Part shown: positions 10,314 to 20,096 of the stretch, one piece after another
Position numbering within the stretch: position 1 is the stretch's first letter
How the letters are laid out: the number at the start of each line of letters is the position of its first letter
Assembly: GCA_964635905.1 (NCBI GenBank)
Contig: CAZWPK010000002.1
Coordinates: forward strand, 141,621 to 205,620
DNA from: an uncultured Pseudomonadales bacterium
Lineage (GTDB): Bacteria > Patescibacteriota > Microgenomatia > UBA1400 > UBA12028
Direction of reading: 5' to 3'
Length of the DNA stretch: 64,000 nucleotides
Notes under the pieces: generated by a model
The model's input: the letters and a program-made list of their open reading frames with translations, nothing else
The model's database searches: none
Told to the model about the DNA's origin: nothing
Made by a program: the position numbers and the translations under genes

Positions 10314-11084
10314 ATGATCATCGCGCTGCTGCTCATTCCAGTCTTCATGGTTCTAGCGTCCATGTACCTCTATCGGTTTAGTGGCAGGCGTGAGCTTTTC
10401 CATTTTGATCTGGTCCAGTTCCTCTATTCGTTTTTGATCTACCCACTAGGCTACGTCTGGATGAAAAACTTTCTCTATGTCCTGTTAACACAGGAAAGTG
10501 GAATGCAGTTTACTCCCGGAAGATGGATTGTCATTGATACTATTTTTACGATCTTTTTCTTATATTTTTATGCCTTTGGTATTATTCATTCGCTAACCAA
10601 AACCTTAAGCCTACAGTTGAATCGTGACCCATTGTTTGACCTGTTTGAACAGTTCAAATATTTTCACGAGTTTTTAAGTCACGTGGGTATGTACAGTGGA
10701 ACTTTTATCGTAATCACAATGCTCTCACTGGCAAACACGCTCTTCCCATTTGCGGTGACACTCCATCGTAATTTGTTTTGGGGACTGGTTGGCTTTGGTT
10801 GGACGACTGGCATCTTTTTATACATTGGACTGTTTTTCCTCACCGATAAGGGTGTGCAGTACAACCGATATAAGAAACTCATTCGCTTGACTTATGGAGG
10901 CGCGTTTGTCCTTCACATCATTGCCTATTTGATCTTGACACCAGCGTTCAATCTTCATTTTGGTGCGTACTGGCTGACGTTTTGTCTACTAACATCCTTG
11001 GTGATGTGTACCTTTTTTCTCCATCCTACCGACAGAGTACTACGGTACTTAACGCTACTGCGAATGAATAAGGGCATTGATTAA
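10314..11084 (+). CDS. Hypothetical polytopic membrane protein
   Basis: 256 aa, aromatic-rich, with at least 6 predicted TM helices. No motif recognised. Confidence 0.35.
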   Translation: MIIALLLIPVFMVLASMYLYRFSGRRELFHFDLVQFLYSFLIYPLGYVWMKNFLYVLLTQESGMQFTPGRWIVIDTIFTIFFLYFYAFGIIHSLTKTLSLQLNRDPLFDLFEQFKYFHEFLSHVGMYSGTFIVITMLSLANTLFPFAVTLHRNLFWGLVGFGWTTGIFLYIGLFFLTDKGVQYNRYKKLIRLTYGGAFVLHIIAYLILTPAFNLHFGAYWLTFCLLTSLVMCTFFLHPTDRVLRYLTLLRMNKGID

Positions 11085-11096
11085 GAAAAATTCAAG

Positions 11097-11477
11097 TTAC
11101 CGTACTTCTTGTGCATCTTGAAGTCGGAGCCTTAAATCCACTGGGGGGAACGGGAACGTATTCTGATCCGGATCCGCCTGTTTCACTTTCTCTAACTGTG
11201 GTCGTATTTCATCGCGTAGTCGCGACACACTCGGTTGAGCACTGGATGAAGCGGTTGGAACTGGGGTTTCCTCAACGTTTGGCACACGATGCGAGAGCGA
11301 AAAATACGCCGCAAACCCGACAATTCCCAGTAGTGCGGCAAGAACAAGAACGAAAAGGAACGGACTAGGTCGTTTTACTTCTCTAACCGGTTCTGGTGGC
11401 ATGGACGGAACAAAGGCATCTTGTGAAAGTTCCTTTTCTTGCGTGAAGGCTGATTGGTTTAGTTGATCGTTAGACAT
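11097..11477 (-). CDS. Hypothetical membrane-anchored Pro-rich protein
   Basis: Start MSNDQ overlaps the upstream stop. One TM helix (FLFVLVLAALLGIVGFAAYF) and a Pro-rich tail. Confidence 0.3.
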   Translation of the reverse strand: MSNDQLNQSAFTQEKELSQDAFVPSMPPEPVREVKRPSPFLFVLVLAALLGIVGFAAYFSLSHRVPNVEETPVPTASSSAQPSVSRLRDEIRPQLEKVKQADPDQNTFPFPPVDLRLRLQDAQEVR

Positions 11478-12258
11478 CGCCCGATAACTCCAGTGCAAAG
11501 GAAATACTTGCAAGCATCTTGATAAATGCTCCCGACAATTGGTCAGAAACTTGAGCATTCACACCAGCATTTGAACTTCGGTTCACCGAGTCAGTGTACA
11601 AGAGGTTTGCTTGTGCGAGTTGACTTTGCGCTGAATCAAGATTTCGATCAATTTCTGCGATTCCTCTAAATTTCTCAACACGTTTCGTCTCACTCATCGG
11701 AGACGCTTGAATAACGGCTTGAATGTGATCGCGTACCTCTTTGAGTTGATTTAACGCACTCTGAAGTTGTCCGATCCGAATGAGCGCAGACGCCCGATCG
11801 CTAATCAACAACAGTTCTTTTTCTTCTGTCTTCATCCAGGTCGTTTCTTGATCAAGTCGCAGTCGATCTGTCGCAATATCAACCCGCGCACGATGCTGTT
11901 GCAACTTATCTAGTACTCCGGTTAGCTGCGCATTTAAGGCATCTTTATTGGCTTGATTGAGTGTGGATTGGGAAGCTAAAGTTTCTTGTAACCCTAAATA
12001 ATATGAAATCAGCACACTCGCACGCGTCATGAAAAGATCTCGTCCACTTTGTACAGCTTCTTCTTGGGCTGCAAATGTCTTCAAACTGTAGTAGGAAGAG
12101 GATGCAATTGAGAACTGATCGTGTTGTAATCGATATTTTTCAATTAAGTTTCGATAATCCTGCGACGTGACCCCTGGCTGCTGCGCGCGCACCACCGACA
12201 CGGTTGCTGACTGAAAAAAAAGAACACTGCAGATGAAGACTATCGCCACTCGTTTCAT
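11470..12258 (-). CDS. Hypothetical secreted coiled-coil protein
   Basis: Signal peptide (MKRVAIVFICSVLFFQSATVSVVRA) and Gln/Leu-rich helical repeats. Its stop overlaps the start of the downstream gene (ATG at 11475-11477). Confidence 0.35.
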   Translation of the reverse strand: MKRVAIVFICSVLFFQSATVSVVRAQQPGVTSQDYRNLIEKYRLQHDQFSIASSSYYSLKTFAAQEEAVQSGRDLFMTRASVLISYYLGLQETLASQSTLNQANKDALNAQLTGVLDKLQQHRARVDIATDRLRLDQETTWMKTEEKELLLISDRASALIRIGQLQSALNQLKEVRDHIQAVIQASPMSETKRVEKFRGIAEIDRNLDSAQSQLAQANLLYTDSVNRSSNAGVNAQVSDQLSGAFIKMLASISFALELSGDV

Positions 12259-12416
12259 GTATGGCTAGTGTATCAAAGGAATATGGGGTCTGGGTAGCCC
12301 CTCTCGACAGTTACCAAAAAAGTACCAGAAAAATGCGATGATATCAGCAATTCGCCTTGATTTTCTCTTGGCTTTTCGTTAGTCTGAGAACCATACAGAA
12401 ACTACACTGAAAAGCT

Positions 12417-12692
12417 ATGACAAAACTTCAACTTGTGAGTATTGTTTCCAGACGCGCCCATATGCCCAAGCGGGCTGCAGAAGAAGCAGTCGAAGTCTTG
12501 CTGGAAGAAATATCCAAAGCTCTGCAAAAAGGAGACAAAGTCGTTCTCTCCGGATTTGGAACGTTTACGCTAGGTAGAGTGAAAGATAAGGAAGTCGTTC
12601 CTTTTGGAAAATCCACGGGAAGAGTCACCATTAAAGGACATAAAGTAGTCAACTTTAAACCCGGTAAGCCCTTACGGAAAATTGTGTGGTAG
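12417..12692 (+). CDS. hup: DNA-binding protein HU
   Basis: 91 aa with GFGTFTL...R...PFGK beta-arm and HU/IHF fold pattern. Confidence 0.85.
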   Translation: MTKLQLVSIVSRRAHMPKRAAEEAVEVLLEEISKALQKGDKVVLSGFGTFTLGRVKDKEVVPFGKSTGRVTIKGHKVVNFKPGKPLRKIVW

Positions 12693-13143
12693 TTTGGGGG
12701 TGAAAAAATCTACAACTATGAAAGTGCTGTTACCATTATTGATTGTGATCGCCGGGGTTGGCGCCTTTATATTTATCCCTAGACTGCGAGCAAAAGTCCC
12801 AGGAATTCCCAATTTATTGCCCACGGTTACAGTTCCATCCATTTCGCTTGCTCAATTTCAACGAGGCACAAGCGACGCTCCAGTTTCTGAGGATGCACCT
12901 TTGAGCAAGCCCTCCGTTTTGGGAGCAACAATTGCAAACACCGGTACTGCCATCGGTCAGTTTGCTGGATCCGTGTTTACAACGAATGCGAGCTCCTCAG
13001 GAAATGTCGATGTGTCTGCCGTAACCAAACAGATTTCAGAACATATTGAACAAATTCCCTCCACAGTGCTTAAACAAGCAAAAATAGAGTATTGCAAGCA
13101 AGTCCTCCTCGATGCTGCTTCCCAAGCCACACCCACACCTTAA
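12682..13143 (+). CDS. Hypothetical membrane-anchored protein
   Basis: N-terminal TM helix (VLLPLLIVIAGVGAFIFIP). No recognisable domain. Confidence 0.3.
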   Translation: MCGSLGVKKSTTMKVLLPLLIVIAGVGAFIFIPRLRAKVPGIPNLLPTVTVPSISLAQFQRGTSDAPVSEDAPLSKPSVLGATIANTGTAIGQFAGSVFTTNASSSGNVDVSAVTKQISEHIEQIPSTVLKQAKIEYCKQVLLDAASQATPTP

Positions 13144-13225
13144 TTTGGGGTCGATCGATGCCATACTAGTCAGATCTCTCAAGAAAAAGTAAAATAAACC
13201 ATAGCTTATAGGAGTTTACTTACCT

Positions 13226-14722
13226 GTGTCACCATTTAAACATGTTGTCTCTCGTTATCCTGTAAAAACGCAACGCTTCTTAGAGATCCTTCCAGGATTC
13301 GTCTCGTGGTCGTTGATTTTATTTCCTGTCTGGGGTTCCTATGTCATTCCGGAATTAGTCGCGTACTACATTATTGGATTCTCGGTCTACTGGTTATATC
13401 GCTCGATTTCCATGGCCGTTCTATCCGTTGTAGCGTTCTATCGAATTAAAGCGAGTATGCGAAACGACTGGCTTTCGGATGTGAAGAAACTTCCCAACTG
13501 GGATTCTGTTCACCACATCATCGTTATTCCAACCTACAAAGAACCCATCCATATCCTCCGGGAAACGTTGGATAGTTTATCCGTGCAAACCTACCCGGTT
13601 GCAAACTTACACATCATGTTGTCATTTGAAGAACGCGAGGGTGAAGAAGCGGTCAAGAAAGCTGCGTTGTTAGATGCAGAGTATGGCAAAATCTTTGGTC
13701 ACCTCTGGAGCACTTTACATCCCGACATTCACGGTGAAGTAAAAGGAAAATCGTCCAACACTGCTTGGGGAGCCAAAAAAGCAAAAGAGACGTTAGTCGA
13801 ACACGAACACTTCGACATGGATAAAATTACAATCAGTAGTGAGGATGCGGATGCCCGATTTCATCCTTCGTATTTTGCCAATCTAACGCATGCATTTTTA
13901 ACCTCTCCAAAACCTTTTAATCGGATTTGGCAAGGAAGCATTCGGTTCTATAACAACATTTGGAGAGTCCCAGTGCCTGTTCGGGTACTTGCCTCCATTT
14001 TCTCTGTAACACAGATGTTTATCTTGATGCGCCAAGACCGTCTAGTTAATTTCTCTACGTACTCTACCTCCCTTCGATTGATTGATCGAATCGGCTACTG
14101 GGATACCAATGTGATCCCGGAAGATTATCGTCTGTTCTTTAAGGCCTACTTTGCACTCAAAGGTGATTTAGAAGTGGAACCAATTTTTCTGCCCATTAAT
14201 GCCGATGCTGCAGAGAGTGTTGGCTTCCTTCCTACCATGGTCAATCAGTACGAACAAATTAAACGCTGGGCATGGGGAGTCAGCGATGATGCCTATATCA
14301 TCAAACAGTGGATCGTGGCTGAAGGGGTACCTTTTTGGGATAAAACGATTCGAGTAATCAAAACGGTTGAAGATCATTTCCTGTGGCCAGTAAACTGGTT
14401 TGCCATTACCATTGGAGCCCTACTCCCCCCATTTTTAAATGAGGACTTCAATCGTAGTAGTCTGGGGAAAACCTTACCACAAGTAACCTCAGCCTTACTG
14501 ACGATGTCACTGATTTCTCTATTTGTCATTTTTGTGATTGATGCGGCATCCCGACCAGCTCCAGAAAAAAAGCGCAGTCTATTACATCGAATATTGCAGC
14601 CATTAGAGTTCTTGCTACTTCCTGTACTAGGATTCTTTTTCTCAGCCTTACCAGGCCTCGATGCACATACCCGCTTGATGCTTGGAAAGTATTTAGAGTA
14701 TCGTGTTACAGAGAAGATCTAA
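13226..14722 (+). CDS. Membrane-embedded family-2 glycosyltransferase (GT-A fold)
   Basis: TM helices flank a GT2 catalytic core (VIPTYKEP...LDSLSVQTYP, DxD-type SSEDADARF). Confidence 0.6.
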   Translation: MSPFKHVVSRYPVKTQRFLEILPGFVSWSLILFPVWGSYVIPELVAYYIIGFSVYWLYRSISMAVLSVVAFYRIKASMRNDWLSDVKKLPNWDSVHHIIVIPTYKEPIHILRETLDSLSVQTYPVANLHIMLSFEEREGEEAVKKAALLDAEYGKIFGHLWSTLHPDIHGEVKGKSSNTAWGAKKAKETLVEHEHFDMDKITISSEDADARFHPSYFANLTHAFLTSPKPFNRIWQGSIRFYNNIWRVPVPVRVLASIFSVTQMFILMRQDRLVNFSTYSTSLRLIDRIGYWDTNVIPEDYRLFFKAYFALKGDLEVEPIFLPINADAAESVGFLPTMVNQYEQIKRWAWGVSDDAYIIKQWIVAEGVPFWDKTIRVIKTVEDHFLWPVNWFAITIGALLPPFLNEDFNRSSLGKTLPQVTSALLTMSLISLFVIFVIDAASRPAPEKKRSLLHRILQPLEFLLLPVLGFFFSALPGLDAHTRLMLGKYLEYRVTEKI

Positions 14723-14743
14723 TGTACTCCAAAGGATATTCCT

Positions 14744-16390
14744 ATGACATTACGCAAACTGATTGCGTTCGCGCTTCGCCATGAATATCTTATTTGGATT
14801 CTGTGTCTCAATGTTGTTCTCCGTCTTCCTAGCTTACTGGAACCGTATTGGTACGGGGATGAAGGTATCTACCTTACGCTGGGTTTGGGTATCCGCAACG
14901 GACTGACTCTCTATAAAGAAATTCACGATAATAAACCCCCAATTTTATATTTTTTGGCTGCACTTTCAGGCTCTGTATTCTGGTTTCGCTTTCTCTTAAT
15001 AGCTTGGCACTCTGTTTCTATTATTGTCTTTAATCAGTTAGCCCAACGCTTTTTTGATGTTGGTCGAACACTCAAACCCATCGTTATTGGAAAAGTTGAA
15101 TTTCCACCACTGCGTTTTTCGACATTGGCAACCGGACTTTTCGCCCTCGTTCCTATTTTTGCAGAAGGAAACATTGCCAACGGAGAAATTTTTCAACTTC
15201 TTCCGATCTTGCTTGGGTTCTTTACACTGTGGAAAGCAATCGATTCGAAAGCAACGTTGACTGCCCATCGTTGCTTTGTCGCCGTTTCAGGTTTTTGTTT
15301 TTCTCTAGCATTTTTAATAAAAGCCCCTGCACTACTGGAAACCTTTGCAGCCGGACTTTTTGGTTTTATTGTCGTCCCGTTTTTACGCTCCAAATTTACG
15401 TTCGACAAGAAACGTAGTACTTTTCAACTGATCGCCTTTTGCAAACAGGTTGTCTTTTCCGCTAGTCCCTATATTTTTATCGCCGCTTTCGTCATTCCGA
15501 TCCTACTCACCATCGTCTACTACTCTTTTGCAGGAGTAGGAGAGTTCTATGTGCGCGCGGCCTTTTTGCAAAACGTCGGGTATCTCTCATCCTGGCAAAC
15601 GGGATCGCATGAACAATTAAACGCAACGGAATCTGGGATTCCAACCAGATTAGCCCTCTTAGGAATCGGTATCCTAGGAATTATAAGTGTTGGAAAAGTA
15701 CTCCCAGTGGGTTTGACGCTTAGCGTACTTTGGTTTGCTTGCGCATTGTTTGGAGCTCTACTTTCAGGTCGTCCGTACCCCCACTATTTGATCAACGTGA
15801 TTCCTCCTGCTGCACTCGTAGTTACCTTTGGCGTCGAACAGTTACTCTCCAAGCGTGCCGCGTTGAAACAATCAGTTGGTCACAAACTGATTGTTATCGG
15901 TGTCATCGCCGTTGCCATCGGGACGGGAATTTTCGGCATCCTGCAAACACGATTCTGGTACTACCCTGTTGCGCACTATTATCAAAACTACATTCAGTTC
16001 GTCGTAGGATCCAAAAATAAATCAGCGTATTTTTCGTATTTTGATCCACGCTTAACCCAGATGTATGATGTCGCGACAAAGATTGTTTCCACAACCAACG
16101 ATCAAGATTCCATTTTCATTTGGGGTGATCTACCGACGTTGTATGCTTTGACTCGAAGGCTTCCACCCGGTCGCTATACTAGTGCGTATCACATTAAGGA
16201 TTTTAACGGATACGACGAAACGATTACGGCCATTGAGACTGCAACTCCAAAGTTCATCATCGTCGATACCGCATACGAACCAGTGTATCCAGGTCTTCGA
16301 GCTGTCATCGATCTGCACTATGTTCGCGTTGATACTTCGACATCCTTTTGGATCTACAAACGTTTAGCCGTTCCCCCCAGCACGCAGTGA
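14744..16390 (+). CDS. GT-C fold polyprenyl-phosphate-sugar dependent glycosyltransferase (ArnT/PMT-like)
   Basis: 548 aa with ~12 TMs and an acidic motif in the first loop (PYWYGDEGIY), typical of the ArnT/PMT/STT3 superfamily. Confidence 0.5.
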   Translation: MTLRKLIAFALRHEYLIWILCLNVVLRLPSLLEPYWYGDEGIYLTLGLGIRNGLTLYKEIHDNKPPILYFLAALSGSVFWFRFLLIAWHSVSIIVFNQLAQRFFDVGRTLKPIVIGKVEFPPLRFSTLATGLFALVPIFAEGNIANGEIFQLLPILLGFFTLWKAIDSKATLTAHRCFVAVSGFCFSLAFLIKAPALLETFAAGLFGFIVVPFLRSKFTFDKKRSTFQLIAFCKQVVFSASPYIFIAAFVIPILLTIVYYSFAGVGEFYVRAAFLQNVGYLSSWQTGSHEQLNATESGIPTRLALLGIGILGIISVGKVLPVGLTLSVLWFACALFGALLSGRPYPHYLINVIPPAALVVTFGVEQLLSKRAALKQSVGHKLIVIGVIAVAIGTGIFGILQTRFWYYPVAHYYQNYIQFVVGSKNKSAYFSYFDPRLTQMYDVATKIVSTTNDQDSIFIWGDLPTLYALTRRLPPGRYTSAYHIKDFNGYDETITAIETATPKFIIVDTAYEPVYPGLRAVIDLHYVRVDTSTSFWIYKRLAVPPSTQ

Positions 16391-16412
16391 TATACTTAGG
16401 ACTACACTACCC

Positions 16413-16751
16413 ATGAATGAACTGCCGTTGAACCTACCAAAGTCGTACTGGATTATCCCGGTGGTTTCCATCCTTGTTTCTTTCGTGGTTGCAGTATTTT
16501 TGTATAGTCTAGCTCCTCCGCAAATTCCCATTTGGTACTCGCTTACCATTCCTGAGCAACAGTTGGAACGACGTGAGGCTATTTTCCTCTTTCCATTAGG
16601 CATCACACTCATTTGCGTATTACATGCTGGCTTATTCACCCGAAAAGGCGCTTATGATGGAGCGCTCCTTCGAATCTTAATTGGATTTTCATTTATTCCC
16701 ATTTTTCTATTTAGCTTAGGGCTATTACGACTGGCGGTTGTCATTTTATGA
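16413..16751 (+). CDS. Small 3-4 TM membrane protein (possible GtrA-like flippase-type subunit)
   Basis: 112 aa with four hydrophobic helices. The stop/start ATGA overlaps the next gene. Flanked by GT-C and WecA-like genes. Confidence 0.3.
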   Translation: MNELPLNLPKSYWIIPVVSILVSFVVAVFLYSLAPPQIPIWYSLTIPEQQLERREAIFLFPLGITLICVLHAGLFTRKGAYDGALLRILIGFSFIPIFLFSLGLLRLAVVIL

Positions 16752-17818
16752 TGATACTCGTTCCCTTGTTGATCTCTGCAGTGCTCGCATTTTTGGTAGG
16801 GCCCCTTGTCATTGCTCTCTATAAGAAAAAAAAGTGGCTCGATGATCCGACCACCCAGAGTCATCCCAAGATTGTGCATACCTATCCAGTTCCCCGTGGT
16901 GGAGGGATCGTGGTGGCCAGTGCCATTTTGTTGTGCTTGGTGGCTTTCTTGCCCATGTCCAATCAAATTATCGGGATCATTATCGGCACCATTATTTTGC
17001 TCGTCGTTGGAATCTGGGATGATTTGGCAAATCCACCGCCACTTCTCCGTTTACTTCTCCAAACTCTTGCCGCCCTGTGTGTTGTATGGGGAGGAACTCT
17101 CATTACGTTTGTAACCAATCCGTTCGGAGGAATTTTGCATTTGAATAACTGGAGTATCCTCATTAGTCCCGAATTCTCCCTGCCGATTATTGCGGTTGTC
17201 TTCTCGGTTATCTGGATGCTCTGGTGCATGAATAGTGTGAATTTTTCTACTGGACTCGATGGGCAAATGCCGGGATATGTCGTGATTTCTGCCTTAACGA
17301 TTGCCGCTCTCTCTCAGAGATTTATCCTGGATCCTTCCCAAGAACAAGTGTTTACCTTAGCCATGATTGTTGCTGGTAGCTTTTTAGGCTTCTTGTTCTG
17401 GAACGTGTATCCACAAAAAATGATGAGTGGGTTTGGTGCCAGTACCATCGCAGGATTTTACTTAGCCGTCTTATCCATGTTGTCGGGAGCAAAACTTGCC
17501 ACAGCAATCTTAGTCTTAGCGGTTCCCATGGCTGATGCCGTCTTTGTCATCATCCGACGTCTTAAAAATAAAAAGTCGCCCTTTTACGGAGATCGCTCGC
17601 ACTTCCATCACGCACTCCTTGATGCCGGACTTTCAAAACCGCAAGTCGCCATTGTCTATTGGAGTAGTGCCGCGATCCTAGGAATCATTGCGCTACGGCT
17701 CAATAGTGGCCAAAAATTATTTGCAATTTTGCTTGTAGGCAGTGTTGTGTGTATGATTGCGATATGGCTTCGCTCGCTTTTTCAACACTTCGGGAAATCC
17801 GCCCACGTCAGTGGATAA
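16748..17818 (+). CDS. MraY/WecA-family polyprenyl-phosphate N-acetylhexosamine-1-phosphate transferase
   Basis: IWDDLANPP (DDxxD), NSVNFSTGLDGQ (NxxNxxDGxDG), and 10-11 TMs. Confidence 0.65.
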   Translation: MMILVPLLISAVLAFLVGPLVIALYKKKKWLDDPTTQSHPKIVHTYPVPRGGGIVVASAILLCLVAFLPMSNQIIGIIIGTIILLVVGIWDDLANPPPLLRLLLQTLAALCVVWGGTLITFVTNPFGGILHLNNWSILISPEFSLPIIAVVFSVIWMLWCMNSVNFSTGLDGQMPGYVVISALTIAALSQRFILDPSQEQVFTLAMIVAGSFLGFLFWNVYPQKMMSGFGASTIAGFYLAVLSMLSGAKLATAILVLAVPMADAVFVIIRRLKNKKSPFYGDRSHFHHALLDAGLSKPQVAIVYWSSAAILGIIALRLNSGQKLFAILLVGSVVCMIAIWLRSLFQHFGKSAHVSG

Positions 17819-18705
17819 AGAATCTCTCGCTCTATGCAGCGTTAGTCTTCTCTGGATTTTTCTTTTATCCCGGCTATTTTGCATCAGTTACCTTTGCTTT
17901 TATTCTGTTTTGTATGTTGTCGTCTGCGGTCTATATTTTTAATGACATTGTTGATGCCCCACAAGACAGATTGCACCCCTTTAAGCGAAAACGACCAATT
18001 GCTTCTGGAGAACTACCTATCGCGTATGCACAAATCATCGCTGCCAGTTTAATGGTTGCTGTTGTCATTGTCTCGGCGTTCATTTCCCCGTTCTTTTTAG
18101 TGCTTGCACTCCTGTATGTGGGATTGCATGTCTTGTACACCTATAGTTGGAAACATACGCCCATCTTAGACGTCATGGCGATTGCAGCGGGATTTCTCAT
18201 CCGCATCTATGCCGGAGCCGTGATCGTCAACTTGCACATGAGTGTTTGGTTCTTACTCACCGTTCTCTCTGCTTCACTCTTTTTGGCAGTAGGTAAGCGA
18301 CAAAGTGAACGCACGCTCTTAAAAGGCATTGGAGAAGATTTATCCAAACATCGTGAAACGCTCACGCATTACACCCAACGACTACTGGATGTCTATGTCG
18401 GAATGTTCGCGACTGCTACCTGGGTAACGTACGCTCTGTATACCTTTCAGCGTGATGAATTTAAACCAGAGGGAGTCCTCTTTGTGAGTTTGTTTGCCAA
18501 GTTGCCCCGAACCTTTACTGCGGAAAAGTGGTTGATGATCACGATTCCCTTTGTCATTTTTGGCGTCATGCGCTACCTGCAGTTGGTCTATGAAAACAAT
18601 CAAGGCGAAAGTCCCGAGCGCGTGCTTCTCCGCGACAAGCCACTCCTCCTGACTGCAATCCTCTGGGGAACGCTCGTCATGATCATTTTGTACGGTATTG
18701 GGTAA
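17764..18705 (+). CDS. UbiA-family prenyltransferase, decaprenyl-phosphate phosphoribosyltransferase (DPPR synthase)-like
   Basis: NDIVDAPQDRLHPFKRKRPIASG matches the NDxxDxxxDRxHPxKxxRPIAxG signature of Rv3806c-type 5-phosphoribosyl transferases. ~8 TMs. Confidence 0.6.
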   Translation: MASLAFSTLREIRPRQWIKNLSLYAALVFSGFFFYPGYFASVTFAFILFCMLSSAVYIFNDIVDAPQDRLHPFKRKRPIASGELPIAYAQIIAASLMVAVVIVSAFISPFFLVLALLYVGLHVLYTYSWKHTPILDVMAIAAGFLIRIYAGAVIVNLHMSVWFLLTVLSASLFLAVGKRQSERTLLKGIGEDLSKHRETLTHYTQRLLDVYVGMFATATWVTYALYTFQRDEFKPEGVLFVSLFAKLPRTFTAEKWLMITIPFVIFGVMRYLQLVYENNQGESPERVLLRDKPLLLTAILWGTLVMIILYGIG

Positions 18706-18758
18706 TTCCAAGCGCTACGTCAAACCTCGCTACGACGGATGAAGGCACTTCTACAGCG

Positions 18759-19019
18759 TTACAAAATCTGGATGAGTGAGAGCAACAGAACGGTTGAAAG
18801 TAATCCCACCGCAGCGTATTCCACCAGCAATCGCGTCGTTGTTATTTCGTTACGATGGGTAAATACTCCCCACAACGTATACCAAACTCCGACCAACACC
18901 GCGATCACTGCTTTATATCCCTGCATGGAAAAAACCAAGAATGCAGAGAGCAGCAGAGCTTCTCCCACAATCAACAGGATATAGTGATGCGACCGGTGCG
19001 TGAGTTCCTTTTTGATCAT
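18759..19019 (-). CDS. Small hypothetical membrane protein
   Basis: 86 aa with two hydrophobic helices. No motif. Confidence 0.25.
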   Translation of the reverse strand: MIKKELTHRSHHYILLIVGEALLLSAFLVFSMQGYKAVIAVLVGVWYTLWGVFTHRNEITTTRLLVEYAAVGLLSTVLLLSLIQIL

Positions 19020-19023
19020 AGGT

Positions 19024-19989
19024 TTAGAGGGTTAATCCTGATTTAAGGAAGATTACTACCACTAAAATGCCAAATAAGAACAGCATGTGACCTAAATTAC
19101 GCCCAGCTATCCGCACCACTTTCTTCTGATGGGTGACCCACATGTCCACAAAGAGGACGAGAAGGAGCGTTATAAGTATGGCGATACTAATTGCCTTTGT
19201 TACTTGAAGCGGGGTAAATAACTCTGGGCTTTCACTGATTGGGGCGGGTGTAGCCAAGCTTAGTGCGGGATTCGCCGCTGCAATAAAAGCTGGAGCTGAT
19301 TCTTCACCGGCTACTTCCGCTCGTTCTTGATCGGTGATTTCCGTCATTTCCGCTTTGACTTGCGGTGGAGCGGTTACGGCAGGTTTTTTAGCCGTGTTCT
19401 TGGCCGAGGGTACCAGAGCAGAACCAAACATCTGGACCACCAACGTCGTATCGGTGCCGAGTAGTTTACAGTCTACTACCCCGATACCGATGTCTTTGTA
19501 GCGGGTATTCATGATGTTTGCTTTATGTGTGGGAGACGCCATCCAGGCAGAGACCATTGAATCGGTGTCCGAAAAATCACGTGCCAAATTTTCACCAGCC
19601 ACAGAATAGCGATATCCCGAATCCTTAATAAAAACCCAAGGAGTGACACCTTTTGGCGAGATGTGGGACCAGTACTGCTCCGCACACATGTGTTTTCCTT
19701 TGGCTACCGCTGCCGCAGAAAGCTCCGGTTGTACGGTCAGATTTCCTAAACCAGCTTCTACTCTTTTGGCATTGGTCGTCGCCACAACAGAAGAAGAAGT
19801 AATACTCGATGAAAAACCCAAAACAGCTGGGAGTGGCCCCGTCGGGACTGAAAACACCGAAATCCATAGCTGCGCCACCACGACAATGCCGGTAAAAAGA
19901 GCAATCCCTTCCCCATGAAGCACCCAAGAACGATGGTTATTCGTTTTACGCGGTAAAAACAGATGGGCTAAAGTTTTTTGCATAGACAA
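19024..19989 (-). CDS. CAP (SCP/PR-1-like) domain protein, membrane-anchored
   Basis: N-terminal TM, a CAP core (YSVAGENLARDF...WMASPTHKANIMNTRYKDIGIGVV) and a C-terminal TM. Confidence 0.55.
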   Translation of the reverse strand: MSMQKTLAHLFLPRKTNNHRSWVLHGEGIALFTGIVVVAQLWISVFSVPTGPLPAVLGFSSSITSSSVVATTNAKRVEAGLGNLTVQPELSAAAVAKGKHMCAEQYWSHISPKGVTPWVFIKDSGYRYSVAGENLARDFSDTDSMVSAWMASPTHKANIMNTRYKDIGIGVVDCKLLGTDTTLVVQMFGSALVPSAKNTAKKPAVTAPPQVKAEMTEITDQERAEVAGEESAPAFIAAANPALSLATPAPISESPELFTPLQVTKAISIAILITLLLVLFVDMWVTHQKKVVRIAGRNLGHMLFLFGILVVVIFLKSGLTL

Positions 19990-20096
19990 CTCTTCAAAGT
20001 ATGCGGTACTCCTCTCAAATCTTCAAGACCTGGTCCAGTGTCACAGTAAGGTCATGATACAATTATGTCCACAAACGCACTCAAAAGAGGAACACT

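Noticed and set aside
16130-16175. T-arm-like sequence (ccttcgagtc) suggesting a tRNA on the minus strand
   Set aside because: No acceptor/anticodon stems can be formed. It lies inside the GT-C coding region.
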